From positions 19,992,115-20,056,114 of the forward strand of contig CM119263.1 of NCBI GenBank assembly GCA_051294375.1: a stretch of 64,000 bases of DNA. Reading direction: 5' to 3'. The translations under genes were made by a program, and so were the position numbers. Source of the DNA: Paraspadella gotoi (Eukaryota; Animalia; Chaetognatha). The notes beneath the pieces are model-generated. The model was given only the letters and a program-made list of their open reading frames with translations, searched no databases and was not told the origin of the DNA. Below, piece by piece: positions 34,358 to 48,100 of this stretch; position 1 is the stretch's first letter; every line of letters starts with the position of its first letter.

Positions 34358-36611
34358 AAGGTTCCCAAATCAAACTTCTGACCCATCCCATTGACAAAGT
34401 TTAGCCCTAATAAGATAGCTTACAGGATCTTGCTATGATATTATTTTGTAAAAGTCCAATGTCAATGTCCAAAGTCAGGGGTAAGATAGCTGATTTATTG
34501 AATGAACAGGATAATTTTTATATTGGTTTTTATCAATTTACAAGTAACCCCTAAATTGGAAAATATTTTTTAGTAGTTATTTCCATTAACAAGCAACCAA
34601 AACTTGAATACTTCCCTAAATAGCTGATATTATTATGACCTACTACATTATGTATTAACTAACATTACGAAGTACTTCCCTTTACTTACGTGTACTCGAG
34701 ACGCTAGTTTTTCCAAGAATGTTTCTTTTTAACATTGTCAATTTTGAATGCATCCATAGATTAATCTGTTGTTTTCATAATTTATATATATTAAAAACTT
34801 ATTTTTGATATCAATAACTATATTCTTTTCTTCACAAAAATAAAAAACCTAATTTACGTTGGGAAGAAATTTGAACAAGGCTAAGCTCTCTTTTCCCACA
34901 GCGACCCATTACAGTTCCTTTATCCCCATATTTAAATTTTATTATATTTAAATATTTTTTTAAATTTATAATTAAATCTTTAACCTTAATACTTAACCTA
35001 ATTTTAAACCCTAAACTCTTAGTTTTTAACTAAACATGTTAAACCCTTATCCTTAACCTTAAATACTAATTTAATCCAAAACCTTAATAATTAACCTAAT
35101 CCTAAATATAATTTTTAACTGTAACCTTTAACTCGATAATTTTATTATTCGACAACTGGAACTAACCTTAACTACCACTGATCGGTAGTTTGTTAATCCA
35201 TTACATTTTCACTTTAATATTAAATCTTATTTTGCATAATAATTATTTATTTTTTTATTAATACAATTTTTTTTAATTAAAAATTTATAAAATTTCATTT
35301 TATTTATTTGAATAATTATTTTAAATTAATTTTAATTATTATTTCATATATTTTTAAAATAATGAGCAATGGTTAAAAATAATTAAATATTAAAAGTGGT
35401 TAAGGTTAAGGGTAATTAGGGTTAAAAATGGTTTAGGATTAAACGTATTTAAGGTTAAGAATAATTAATTGTAATAAAAAGTTTTTGTACTATTATTTTT
35501 TTTTATTTATGCATAAGATTTTTATTAAGAATTAACTGACAACAAAATCCCGATTAACAAATGTACAATTTAACCTTATTTAATATTTAATAAAAAATTA
35601 GCTTAATTCTTAATTTAAGACGAAATGGAGCGTTCTAGGAAAATAAGGCCGACAACCTGTTAACTTTTAAGTGTTCATTTACATTATTATTGATCTGTCT
35701 AAATAAACAGCACGGCTGATATCAAAAGTACATTAATGAATTCAATAGTATTACTGGAACAAAACCTACATTACAAATGAAACTAACTTTGGAAATAACT
35801 ACGTAATTAAAAATTAAGACGGGACGAATCATAAAAATCATTAACGATAACCATTAAGCATGCACAAAAATTCCACAAAAAAAAAAATATTTTTCAGCAT
35901 ATATTTTCAAAAATAGCCTCGTAATCGATAGAAAACGAAAATAAAACGTAACAATTGTACAAAAGAAAAAAATTCTATCACTATGCACATGAAAGTAAAA
36001 TTTTAACATGATTAGATGGTAGTATGTAATTTGAACCACATTTACTTATAATTATTACTTATACACTATAAAAAATTTTTAAAAATGGTAATTTAATACT
36101 AATAGGAACACAAGAGCTTGCAAAAAGAAATATTAAACTAAGTTAATTAAAATATGCCATTTTCAAAATTTTAAAACTTTTAGACATCCCTTTTTAATAT
36201 GGCTTATAAAAATGAAATCAAATTAATTCGTCCGTATAAGTCTCGCATTTTAGAAAGCGTTATATAAATTCTCTTAATGTGGTCCAAATTAGATACTACC
36301 TCCTAACATGTTAATACTCAAAGCGTAACCACGGCCTTCCCCTTATACGGAAGACCAAAGAATTAAATAAATCGAAGTTAAGGCACGCGTAGAAAAGATT
36401 GCTTTTTTCAAATTTTTTTTAATTGTTGAAGGGATTGTCATCCGATACAGTCATATACTGCAATTGGAACCGTCACCGTTTGCAAGTTGCATGCCCCAGT
36501 TTGCATCATGCGCAAAAGGCCGAATTCGGTGGCATTCAATATGAACCCTTTGCCAGAGAGAATTTTCGTGCAGCTGCCAGTGAAAGTGATGTTTTCCAAA
36601 GAACCAATTGG

Positions 36612-39600
36612 TCAATTAGAATACATCATCACCTCCGTAGTTGCGGTAGATGGGATTACGGGTTTTTTATTCACCGTAGGTCTTTTCTTTGCTGGCTTCA
36701 CGAATGGATTTTTCCTGAGATCGTCCAAAACGGCGTCCAAAGTGCCGTCCTTGGCCACCTATGTTTTAAACAACACATTAACCGAGTTTCAGTTATGTTT
36801 AATGAATTATGAGGAAATTATTTTTAATAAACCGTAAAATTTTATAGTATATAATTTTTTTGTATTTAAGTAACGTAAAATGATGGAAAAAATCATCTTC
36901 AAATTTGTTTACCGGCACTCTTCGGTCGCGATACTCTAATTTGTGACTCATTTCTTCAATGAGGGATTGATTTAAATTTCTTTGACTAGTTGCCTTCGTT
37001 TCTACAGTTTCCTGGCTCTGCAATGCTTGTTGTTCCAACATTCTTTTGAGGGCCATCTCTTCCGCTTTTCTCCGTGATTGATTCTCTTCCAGAGCCCTAA
37101 CATAGTGAACATTAAATCTAAAATTGTAATCGAGCGCGTCACTTACAAATTCGCACAATAAAAAACCTGACCTTTTGAAGTTTCTGGCAAAGACGACGTA
37201 AGTGTCGAAAAATTCTTTCGGAGTGGTTGCGGGTCTTTCGCCGAAAAACCGCAACGCTGACTTAAAGGCGTCTCGCGCTTTTTTCTCGTTCTTCGCCAAA
37301 GACTCCACTCGAGGGCGGGAAACTTTTAGAAACTCTTCCAGCGGCGCGCAGGGAAAGTCTCGTCGGAGCTTTGACTCCTTTTCTAACAGTTCCATCCCTG
37401 AAAATATAATAAAAAAATCTAAAAATAATTTAAAAAAAAATTAAGAATCGTCGCAATCGCATAAAAAAATATGGACCCATGTCTATAATTAGCAAAGCGA
37501 GACTGTCCTAGCTTAACCTCGCCAGTGACAGCGTCACTGAGGGTCGAAAGCCCCCAAAGTTAACAGTAAGATGCCCCATCCCAATGGGCATCACAGGCAA
37601 CCCGGCTGTTGCGATAATATTGTTATTGCTCGACCTCTCTAAGTTAGCAACGCAGAGAATGGATAACAATGCGATTACCTTTTTGCAACTCTTTTACGTC
37701 CAAATCAAGATTTTCTACAGTAACTGTGGCGGCCTTTTCGACATAGTCGAGTTCATGGTCAAAATGAAGAAGATGTGGGAATTTAGTCTCCACAGTTTCA
37801 ACAACAAAGTGTAGCAAGGTTATCTTTTTGTCTTTTGACTTCGGGTCACAAAGAATTTCAAGAGATTCTTTGACTTTGAAGCCATAGGCTGGTCCCCGGC
37901 GACCTGCGTTCATGTAGTTTCCGAAGCAAAGGATTATCTCGAGAAGTTCCTTAATATAAAAAATTTTAAACGTTAAATTTTAAAAACATTTAAATTAAAA
38001 CCTGTTAATTGCGGGAATTTTGAAGTGGCCCATTAAAAGAAATCTATACTAAATCAGAATCAAAAATAAAAACGAAAATAAGGAAATGCTATCGAGTTTG
38101 ACTCACTTTTAATTTTTCAGAGCGTTCAATATTCGCTGACGCCACAATGAGGGCGTTGAGCTGAGGTTCAAGGAGTTTCATGCTGTCCTCGAAATTGGCG
38201 ATGTACTGCATGACGTGGAGTTTCTGGGACAGACGCTCCACCTTCGTTAGTGCCAGCATCAGCTTATCTTCCTCAGTGAGACCATCGGGCGGTTTTTTGT
38301 CTTTCTCGATGTACTCTTAAGAAATAATAACAGAAATAGTGATACGGAGAATAATCTCCAGCATATACGGAAGGCTTCATATTATAAAATGTGGTACCCC
38401 TTTTTTGTCACCAGAACACGTTCCGAAGAAACTAATGGACCATATTTATTGAAATTTAGTATGAACGATCCCTATGTGAATATAAATAGAACTATCGAGC
38501 GAATTTCAATATTTGACCCCTGAGCCGAGATATGGGGGCCGCGGAGGGGTCATCCTGAGGGGCAATAAATGGTCAAAAATTTTTTAAAAATTTTTCATTA
38601 TTTTTGTTTTGAACAGTTGCATAGACGTTTACTTTTCCACAAAAACATTAATTTTTCAATTTTAGTTTTAAAATGTTTTTTTATATGTTTAAAACGTAAA
38701 TGCACCTGATGCCACTAAAAAAAATTTCAAAAAATGAAAAAAAATTTTTAGGTTTTTTGGCCCCCCAGGGGTCAACCCCCAGGGCCCTGATCTCTTGTCA
38801 GGGGTTGAATATTAAAATTCGCCTCGATAGTTCCATTTATATCGTCATTAAGACTAAATGTAAAATTTCATGAAATTCGATCAGGGAGTTTGGTAGGAAC
38901 AGATTCTGGTCACAAAAAAGGGGTACTGTGGCGGTATATTCACACCGCCTCACGTCCACCATCCTTCAGCCAAATACATTGGCTCAAAGGGGGAACACAC
39001 CATCCAGGCGTAGTGTTCATCCACAGTCCTAACGACTTCCCTCTGCGTTGGCAAAGCGAGACCGTCCTAGGGAAACCGCACCAGTGACTGGAGGCGTCAC
39101 TGAGGGTCGAAGCCCCCAAAGCCAACAGTGAGATACCCCATCCCAAGGGCATCACAGGCAACCCGGCTGTTGCCATAAGTGGTGAGCCCTACTATCGAAC
39201 ACGCAACCTTCTCAGAGTACGCTACGACAAACGCCTATGCCCTGCCGACTTCGGGTACGCTATGACAAGCCAATGCCCCTGGGGTACGCTACGACAAACG
39301 CCTATGCCCCACAACTCGCGCTCTCTCTCTCCCACTATGGTAACAGTCTTGTCAGACACCTCTCAGGCTTGAGGACCTGAGTGATGTCTTAGCCCGGGGA
39401 TCCTGTGGTGGTATATTCACAAAGCCTCACGTCCACCATCCTTCAGCCAAATACATTGGCTAAGAGGGGGAACGCACCATCCCAGGCGTAGTGTTCCATC
39501 CACAGTCCTAACGACTTCCCTCTGCGTTGGCAAAGCGAGACCGTCCTAGGGTAACCGCGCCGGTGACTGGAGGCGTCACTGAGGGTTGAAAGCCCCCAAA

Positions 39601-42600
39601 GCCAACAGTGAGATGCCCCATCCCAATGGGCATCACAGGCAACCCGGCTGTTGCCATAGTACCACATTTTATAATATGAAGCCTTCTGTATATTTTTTTA
39701 AAAATCGATACTGTGTGAGTAATTCCAATATGTGATTAACAGTAAAGGTTAATACTATTACTTTTAAACGTCAGTACAGACTGAAATTAATAGTATGACA
39801 AGTATGAAATTAACGCTTAAGATTAATGAAGCGTTGAGTTTTTAAAATGAGTGTTCGGGAGTTTCCTACCTCGATATTTCTTTTTGTCCTCGTCGCTCGG
39901 AATAAACCGTAATAGAATGTCAACATATTCGGATGTCAAGGTTTCCTCATCAAGGGAGTTTATGGCACTACAGACTTTATCAACCGGGAGATTGATCCGC
40001 TTTTTCGATATGGCAAGATTGCGTAGCCGCTTGGCGTCCAACAAAGTATCCAGCTTAGGCACTTCTTTTTTCAAAGGTTTCAAAGTAGCCGTCCCGTCTA
40101 ATTGACTTAACGGTTTGTCGCTAATCGCAAAGATCTGCTCAAACCTAAGAGATTGAAACGAGAAAATCGTTAATACAACTTTGTTGAATGTCTAGTGTTC
40201 AAAACAAATGAATAATATTCTCTGTGAAAGTGCCACAAAAGACAAAACCTGCTAAAGTCGATCAATGAATGAAGCTTTTCGTCGTCCATTTTGTGAAAGA
40301 CCGTTCCTTTAACTTGCTGCGGATTCATCGGTTTCCAACGAAGATTCGGTAGCGAAAACTTTGGCTTCGGCGTTCGTTTTAAAGTCATGTTGTTATCGGC
40401 GTCGTTGGCCGGCGTCAGACCAATCATGGGTGGGGGTGGCGCCGATGGAGGTGAGATCGCAGTTTTGACAGGAGGCGGAGGTGGTGGAGGGGGTGGCGGG
40501 GGTGGAGGCGGAGGGGGAGGTGGGGGTGGAGGCGGCGGCGGGGGGGACGAGACCGCTGACGTAATATTTAACTTTGGCGTTAGACGATGAACTTGAAGAG
40601 TTCGGGGAAAAGCTTAGACCATCAGTCTCTACTCCTACGAAACAACCTAACTTCTCTCCTCCACTGACCCCAAACGCGCCGCCTGAAGCTCCAAACTTCC
40701 CCGCCATCACATTGCCTCCAACGCCACCACCAGCGCCGCCAGGCATGCCACCACAGAGTCCGTAGTCTGGCCCAATGCCCGAGTCGGAAGACTCTTGCGA
40801 ACCTCCTGAGTTTCTGGCGTTGGGTCCGACGCTGAGTTCGCCCTTTTGAATCCGCCGTTCCATTGTTTCGTAATCACGAATTTTCGTTTTTAACTCGCTG
40901 TCTTTTTGCGATATCATGTTGTCCTTGCGTGTCACTTCCTCGCGGGCGATGACAAGTTGGCTCTGCGTTATTTCCAACTCCGTCTTAAAAATATTGACTT
41001 CAGATTTGAGGTCGGTTATGGTGTTTTCCAGTCCGGCTACTTTAGATAAGTTATGTGCCTCAAGCTGAGCGTAACGATCGTTGGCTACCGATAGGCGTTC
41101 TTCGATATCTGACAACTGTTCTAAAGTCGAGTTCTTTTGTTCAACGTCTTCGAGCAAAGCAGCAACGTCGAAGACATTGTCAAGGTAGGCTTGAATCTGT
41201 ACCAAAAGTCTTTCGCTCTCAGTGTTTTTCAACTTTTTTAGGTAGTCATCTAGTCCAATCTTCGTAAATTCATATTGAAGATGAACCCTAAAATTCATAT
41301 CTTCGACGGAATGTACAACTATATTTATGAATTGCATACATGCAACCATGAAGTCGATATTAAAGGTATCGTAATCCTTGAAGTAGTGTAGCAATGTTTG
41401 AAACCTGGTAATTCAGTTTAGTTAGGTAGATTGAGAAGATGTGATTTCCAATAGAACATTTTCTTACCTATATTTTTCACCGCACGCTTCCTTAAACTGA
41501 TCAAAGGCCGTGAGAATGATTTCGTGGCCTGAGGCGACTAAACAAACTGCAGCAAGCAGTTCTAACACTAAGGCCTTGGTACGATAGTTTTTGTGCTTGA
41601 GGCTAAGGGCTATCGCCTTAATCGCATCTGAAGAAAATACATAAGCAGGAGTAAGTAGATGAATATTCGTAAATCGTACGTATCCAGAATAAAGAATAAA
41701 GAATTTCGAATACTGACCTCGATGACTAATCACCATGTTGAATCCGTACTGGTGATTCATTATCGCTCTAAGACACATGATGCATAGGTGAACATCATCG
41801 AAAGCGTCACCAAACACGGGGGGTTTCTTCTTGTTGCTTTTTCGGCCGACGGTTCCATTAGGCATGACCTAAAAGATTTTCGATTCATAACTCTTCAGTA
41901 AACCTCGTGTTCTATTTTCTATTTCGATGAAAAAAATTAAAAAGTTTGTTTTATTTCAAAATAAAACTAAAGTAAGTAATTGTTGAAGACAATGCCGAGG
42001 GCAGTTGCACACAAGATTCCCAACTTCAGATCGGGATAGGGTCTGTCACTATAGATGAGTGAGACGCCCCGTCCCGCTTTAACTTGTGTGAATCAGCAGG
42101 GTGCGAACCCGAGTTCTTTCTCTCGGACGAGTTGCGAGGTATGAAATAGTATCGCTATAAAATTTATTTTAAATTATCCACATGGCAATTTTTAATTTTT
42201 AGCATAACCCGTACGTACACTGCGGCGCAAAAAAAAAAGAAGAAAAAGCAGCCACTTCTTTCGCACCGAAAAAACTATTTTGGATGGATAATAGAAACAT
42301 AAAAAAAAGGTTATTGAAAAATAAAGCGCTTGGTCCAGGTCCCATTAAAATCGATCAAAGCGTCAGAAAGTTATAACACGTCAAAATCGATTAGTACAAA
42401 GCATCTGACGAGAATAAATTAATTTTAATCAAGAAGAGTCTCGGTAAATCCTTGTGACGACGTAATAAAGTTAAACACAGATATCTTTGGATCTAAGATC
42501 TAACATTACAATTGTATTAAAATATTTTTTTTAAATTTTTATCATAACTTATTTTTGATTTTGAAATAATTTTAATTTTGTTAATTCTATTTTGTAAACA

Positions 42601-45120
42601 TCAGTCAGAAAAAGAAGTGTCATCAATACTAACCTTTGGAAATCACATTTTTCCCCCCAATTCCATTTTAAGACTGATTTTAAAATCTTGCTATATTCTA
42701 CTGCCTGAACCAATTAAAAAATTTTTTTTTTGGCCAATCGATAGCTCTTTATTATACCATTCACATATATTTTCTCAAAATTAAAAAAGAAATAGTAGTG
42801 TATTTAAAGCTACCGTGTGGCTTTTTTTTTTTTGCGGCGCAGTGTACAAAAATAAACATTGGCAGTAATGAAAAATATGCAAACTTTTTTCTTTTAATGT
42901 CAACACAGTTTATTCTAATAATGAAATGCAGTGCAGAAAAAAATAAAATAAAAAATCTAAACTTTTGCCTACCTGATAACCATAACTCGCGAAGGCAAGA
43001 GATTCTAAATGAGCGTCTTTCATAATTCCATTTCGGATGGAACCAATTTCCTTTCCAGATGCTAGTGACATCGTCATCGAAGGCCGAACACTTGCATGCG
43101 CGGGAAATGGAATGCAGGCGGCCATTGGCATCGACAAATCGCTGTATTTGGATAAATCTGGATAAATATTTCAACTGCTGAGCTGAAAAATTTAAAAATT
43201 ATTAAAAAAAAATTAAATTAAAATATTTTATTTTTAAATATGAATTGGGTACCGAAACTTACTTACCTTCCTTTGAAAGAGTCGTTAAACTTTTCATCCT
43301 GCTTCTCCTTTAACTTGGCTCTTTCCTGCTCGAAGTCTTCCAGCTTCATGAGGCTGTGAGAAAACAGAAGATAATCGACCAAGATGTCCAGCCCAGAATT
43401 GTCTTCGCTGAGAAATTGATGAACCCATTCGATGTTGTTCGTGCGAAGAGAGATTTCCATATCGCGAAGCACACGTGTGCTTTTTGTCCCCTCCAACTCC
43501 TTACGACCTTAAGATGAAAAATCTTAAAAGCATAAGGATCGCCGCAATCGCATAATCAAATTTGATACCGGAAAACTAAGTTTTATATTTAGCAAACTTG
43601 GCTGATACAAAAAATAAAATGAGCTGAGAAGTAAAAAAAATATTTATGCGATGATAACCTAAAATTGATGCGATGATAACCAAATATTGATGCGATGATA
43701 ATCATTCATTGATACGATGAGTCATAAATAAAAAAACATACATATATGATTGAGAGAGAGAAAGAGAGAGAGAGAGCGCGAGAGAGAGAAAGAGAGAGAG
43801 AGCGCGCGGAGAGAGAAAAAAGATAGAGAGAAGCTGGACAGTCGCTGGGCAGCCGCTGCAGAGCTTAACTCGTTTTTAGAAGAAGAAGCAGCGACAGAAA
43901 AAAAAGAAAAAAGAGCGACATACAGCGTGTCCCAATGGTACTATCTGTTAAGAAAAGCTTACTGCTTACTGATCGAAAAACTTTAATTCATTATAATGAA
44001 TATGCGCACAAGTATGGACCATTTTATAGGATATCTAATTTTAAAAATTGAACAAAACAAAATCCTGTAGTTATTACATAAAACAATTGGTAAAAATTTT
44101 TTAAAATAATTTTTAACAAAAAATTCTTATTTATATTTTTTAATATTTATCAATAGACATTATGTATAGACTTTCGATTTCGTTGTTTTTTAGCATTTAG
44201 GAAAAACAGTTTTAATGTGGCAACGAATTTTATTGACAAGTAAGTCGGACATGTTTCGACTCTTATAGAGTTAGTCTTCATCAGCAAGTGATTTTTCACA
44301 ACAATTATCTCTGTGAAAGTTGAGTTTGGTGAGAGAGAGAGAGACAGAGAGAGGGAGATTCCAACAAAGAATTGAGTGAGAGAGTGGTCAGATGTGAGGA
44401 CAGTTCAAGGTAAGGACAGGGGAAGTAGAAGTAAGATTGTGAAAATGAAAAGAGAGAGAGAGAGAGAGAGAGAGAGACACAAATTGAAATTAATACATTT
44501 AGTAATGTACAACAGAGAAAATAAGAATAAATAAGTAAACTTAAAGATTAACTAAGTAATACTACTATTAACAACAATGAAAATAAATTAGTAAAATGAA
44601 GTGAAATTGAAATGGAAGAATAAGTGGTTAGGGATAGGTAAGTAAAGAGTTAGTGAAAGTAAGTAAAAGAAAGAGCTCAAAATGAGCTGGCCCCCCCGGC
44701 CGAGTCTGTGTGCTCCTGTATCAAAACAGGCAAGAACAGGCAACCGCCTGCCCCACCGTCAGGTGAGAGGAGGGCCGTCGGCAGGCTTATCAGGCCAAAG
44801 AGATATACGAGTGGCACTTGGCATTTTTCCCAGTGGAACCTTACCAGACCCCAGAATGTCACGCTCTACAAATATATCCTCGTCCTCCATTTGCCCGGCC
44901 GGGGGGGGCCAGCTCATTTTGAGCTCTTTCTTTTACTTACTTTCACTAACTCTTTACTTACCTATCCCTAACCACTTATTCTTCCATTTCAATTTCACTT
45001 CATTTTACTAATTTATTTTCATTGTTGTTAATAGTAGTATTACTTAGTTAATCTTTAAGTTTACTTATTTATTCTTATTTTCTCTGTTGTACATTACTAA
45101 ATGTATTAATTTCAATTTGT

Positions 45121-45161
<41 letters not shown>

Positions 45162-48100
45162 CATTTTCACAATCTTACTTCTACTTCCCCTGTCCTTACC
45201 TTGAACTGTCCTCACATCTGACCACTCTCTCACTCAATTCTTTGTTGGAATCTCCCTCTCTCTCTGTCTCTCTCTCTCTCACCAAACTCAACTTTCACAG
45301 AGATAATTGTTGTGAAAAATCACTTGCTGATGAAGACTAACTCTATAAGAGTCGAAACATGTCCGACTTACTTGTCAATAAAATTCGTTGCCACATTAAA
45401 ACTGTTTTTCCTAAATATTTATCAAATATTTTTTATAATATTGATAAATAATGTTTTAAATGTTTTCTTTAGATTTAGGACAGTAAGAAAACTATTTATA
45501 GCCCAGAGTTATTAAAATTATCTACTTACTTTATTCATATCACTTTTTTTAATTGATTTAATAATAATTTTTTGAATAAATAACAACCATTTTGTTCTGG
45601 CTTAATGATTTAATCGCTCACAACTTAATAAAATTTAAATATTAAATTAAAATATTTTTTTAAATTTTTTTAAAAAGAAAAAAAATTGAATTTAACAATG
45701 AATTTTTGTTTTTAATTTACAAACATGTTTCAAATGGTCTTCTATTCACGTCAGTACAAAAACATTTGTTTGTTTTATTTTTTATTCACTGAAGATAAAT
45801 AGAAAACTATTTGAAACATGTTTGCAAATTAAAAACAAAAATTCGTTATGAAATTCAATCTTTTCTCTTTTAAACTTACTCCAACAAAATGAAGGAAAAA
45901 TAACAATATATTTTTATAATATTTATTTACTTTTTTATAAATTAAACTTTAAATAATCTATATCTATTTAAAATATTTTTTTATATAATTTTTTTAATAA
46001 AATTGATTTTAAATTAAAAAATATCAAATTAAAAAAAGAGAAATGACTCATTTAAATTTAATATTTGCAAAAAAATTAATAAAAAATTGAATTCGAAATA
46101 TAGTAACATAAATGGTAAAAACTTTGACATTATTATCTCAGAAATAAGATTTAATAACAGTTCCGCATAATATGTAAAACTTAACCGACAGAACCATTGG
46201 GACGCACTGTATAGTGTATAATTAAAAGAAAGAGAGAAAGCTGGACAGCTGAACTCGTTTATATATATAAAATTTGTTTTGTAAATACAACAAACAAATG
46301 AATGGAAGAATATAAAACATGTGAATCTAAAGATCCTGCTGATTAGAAGCTATAAAACTAAGCTACGAGATTATTTCTATATTTTCATAGAAATAAGACA
46401 AAACTTTTATTTTTCGTCAAAGTTAAATGTTTCATGAATCGTTCATGACTAATTTTGAAAATATTATAAATGTCAGGGTAACCAAAACATTCTCTAAGGT
46501 TTCTGATACTTTCCCATCGATGCCAGCCAAAGATCTTACAAATTCCATTATTTATGGCTACATTTACATGGTGACAATTTTACAAGCGCCGGTAAAAAAA
46601 CGCTGTCATTTGCAAACCAGTGGGTATTTCATTGATTTTAAAAATTTGTTAAGTAGAAAATATTAAAGTCATTTATGTGTTCAAATTTTATATTGATCAG
46701 TTAAGATATGCCTTGACAATGAGTGGAGAAAGTTGGCTTGTAAAATCGGTTTCATTTTCCAACTCACCGTTTTTAAATTTAATTCTTTTTTCAACTTTTA
46801 GCACTTTTTTAACAAAGTATTTATTAAGATATTTACAATATTAATATCCTCAGAAAGCCCTTAGAAAAATGAAGAGAATGATATACTTACGAAAGCACTA
46901 ATATAAAAATTAAGCTGCCCAGCCTTGATTTAATTAAAAGAGTCAAAAGTTAATTATCTAAAATTTTGAATCTTTTTTAAAATATATGACATGTTTAAAT
47001 TATTATAACATAAAATATTATTATTCATATAAGTATCTAATATAATATAATAATAATAATAATATAATATAATTATCTAAAATTTTGATTTTTTTAAAAA
47101 ATATATGACATGTTTAAATTATTATAACATACAATATTATTATACATATAAGTATCATTAAAAAGCCTGAAAAAAAGAGATATAAGATAGCCAATCACAA
47201 TTTGATAAAAATCCTAAATTTACTCTCCAGCTATTGATTTTGGAAAGATGTCTTGTTTTTGAAGTATCCTAATTAAATTAAAGCTGGGCCGGTTAAATTT
47301 TATACTACAGTATTTGTAAGTATGTTATTCTCTTCAGATTTGAAAAGGCTTTCAGAAGATAATAATATTAATATTATTTTATTTAAAATTTTTTCTCAGA
47401 AAACTTACTGAAAGTAAGAGAAAAAAATTGAATCTAAAAAATATGAGTTGGAAAATGAAACCCGATTTTACAAGCCAAATTTCTCCACTCATTGTCAAGG
47501 CATATCTTAACTGATCAATATAAAATTTTAACACATAAATGACTTTAATATTTTCTACTTAACTAATTTTTAAAATCAATAAAATACCCACTGGTTTGCA
47601 AATTACAGCGTTTTTTTACCGGCGCTTGTAAAATTGTCACCATGTAGTTGGTACATATCTTTACAACGAAAGTCTTTATAACATCATCAGTTTTAAAGAT
47701 TCATACAATAACAAATTATATATAAAAAGACCATAATCACAAAATCGTCCCAAGCGCAAGCGATAGCGATGTTAAAAATGTTCTCAGAATTTGACAAATT
47801 AGCTCATGAAAAATGTACATATTAAGTAATTAACAAATAAATTTGTTACGAATATCTGCAAACGTTACTCGCACTAGGCACAATTGAAATAACATTTTTA
47901 AAGACAAAATTGCTGACATACCTTTATGTGACTTTCGCACCGAGGGGTCCATGTAGGCCAACAGTTTCTTTAGGTATTCATTGGGTGGGTCTTTCGGTTC
48001 CAAAGTTTTCGCTTCACAGATTTTGACCCATTTCGTTGAAAGGTCATAACCTCGCATCTTCTTTGCCTTGTCGGGTGGCAAGTCGAAGCGTTGGATGAGT

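Larger units (their letters stand above)
43923..46209. mobile_element. Tc1/mariner-type MITE hosting the foldback element
   Basis: TA-CAGCGTGTCCCAATGGT ... ACCATTGGGACGCACTG-TA. Confidence 0.75.

Noticed and set aside
38927-39177. Possible retrozyme (hammerhead in LTR) or Cassandra-type 5S insert in the TRIM LTR
   Set aside because: I found no CTGANGA..GAAA core or 5S-like sequence on either strand, only generic hairpins.
40556-40625. Apparent frameshift between the formin coiled-coil exon and the FH1 polyproline frame
   Set aside because: A short GT..CTAAC..AG intron ending at TACGTCAG restores the frame, so a pseudogene or programmed frameshift is not needed.
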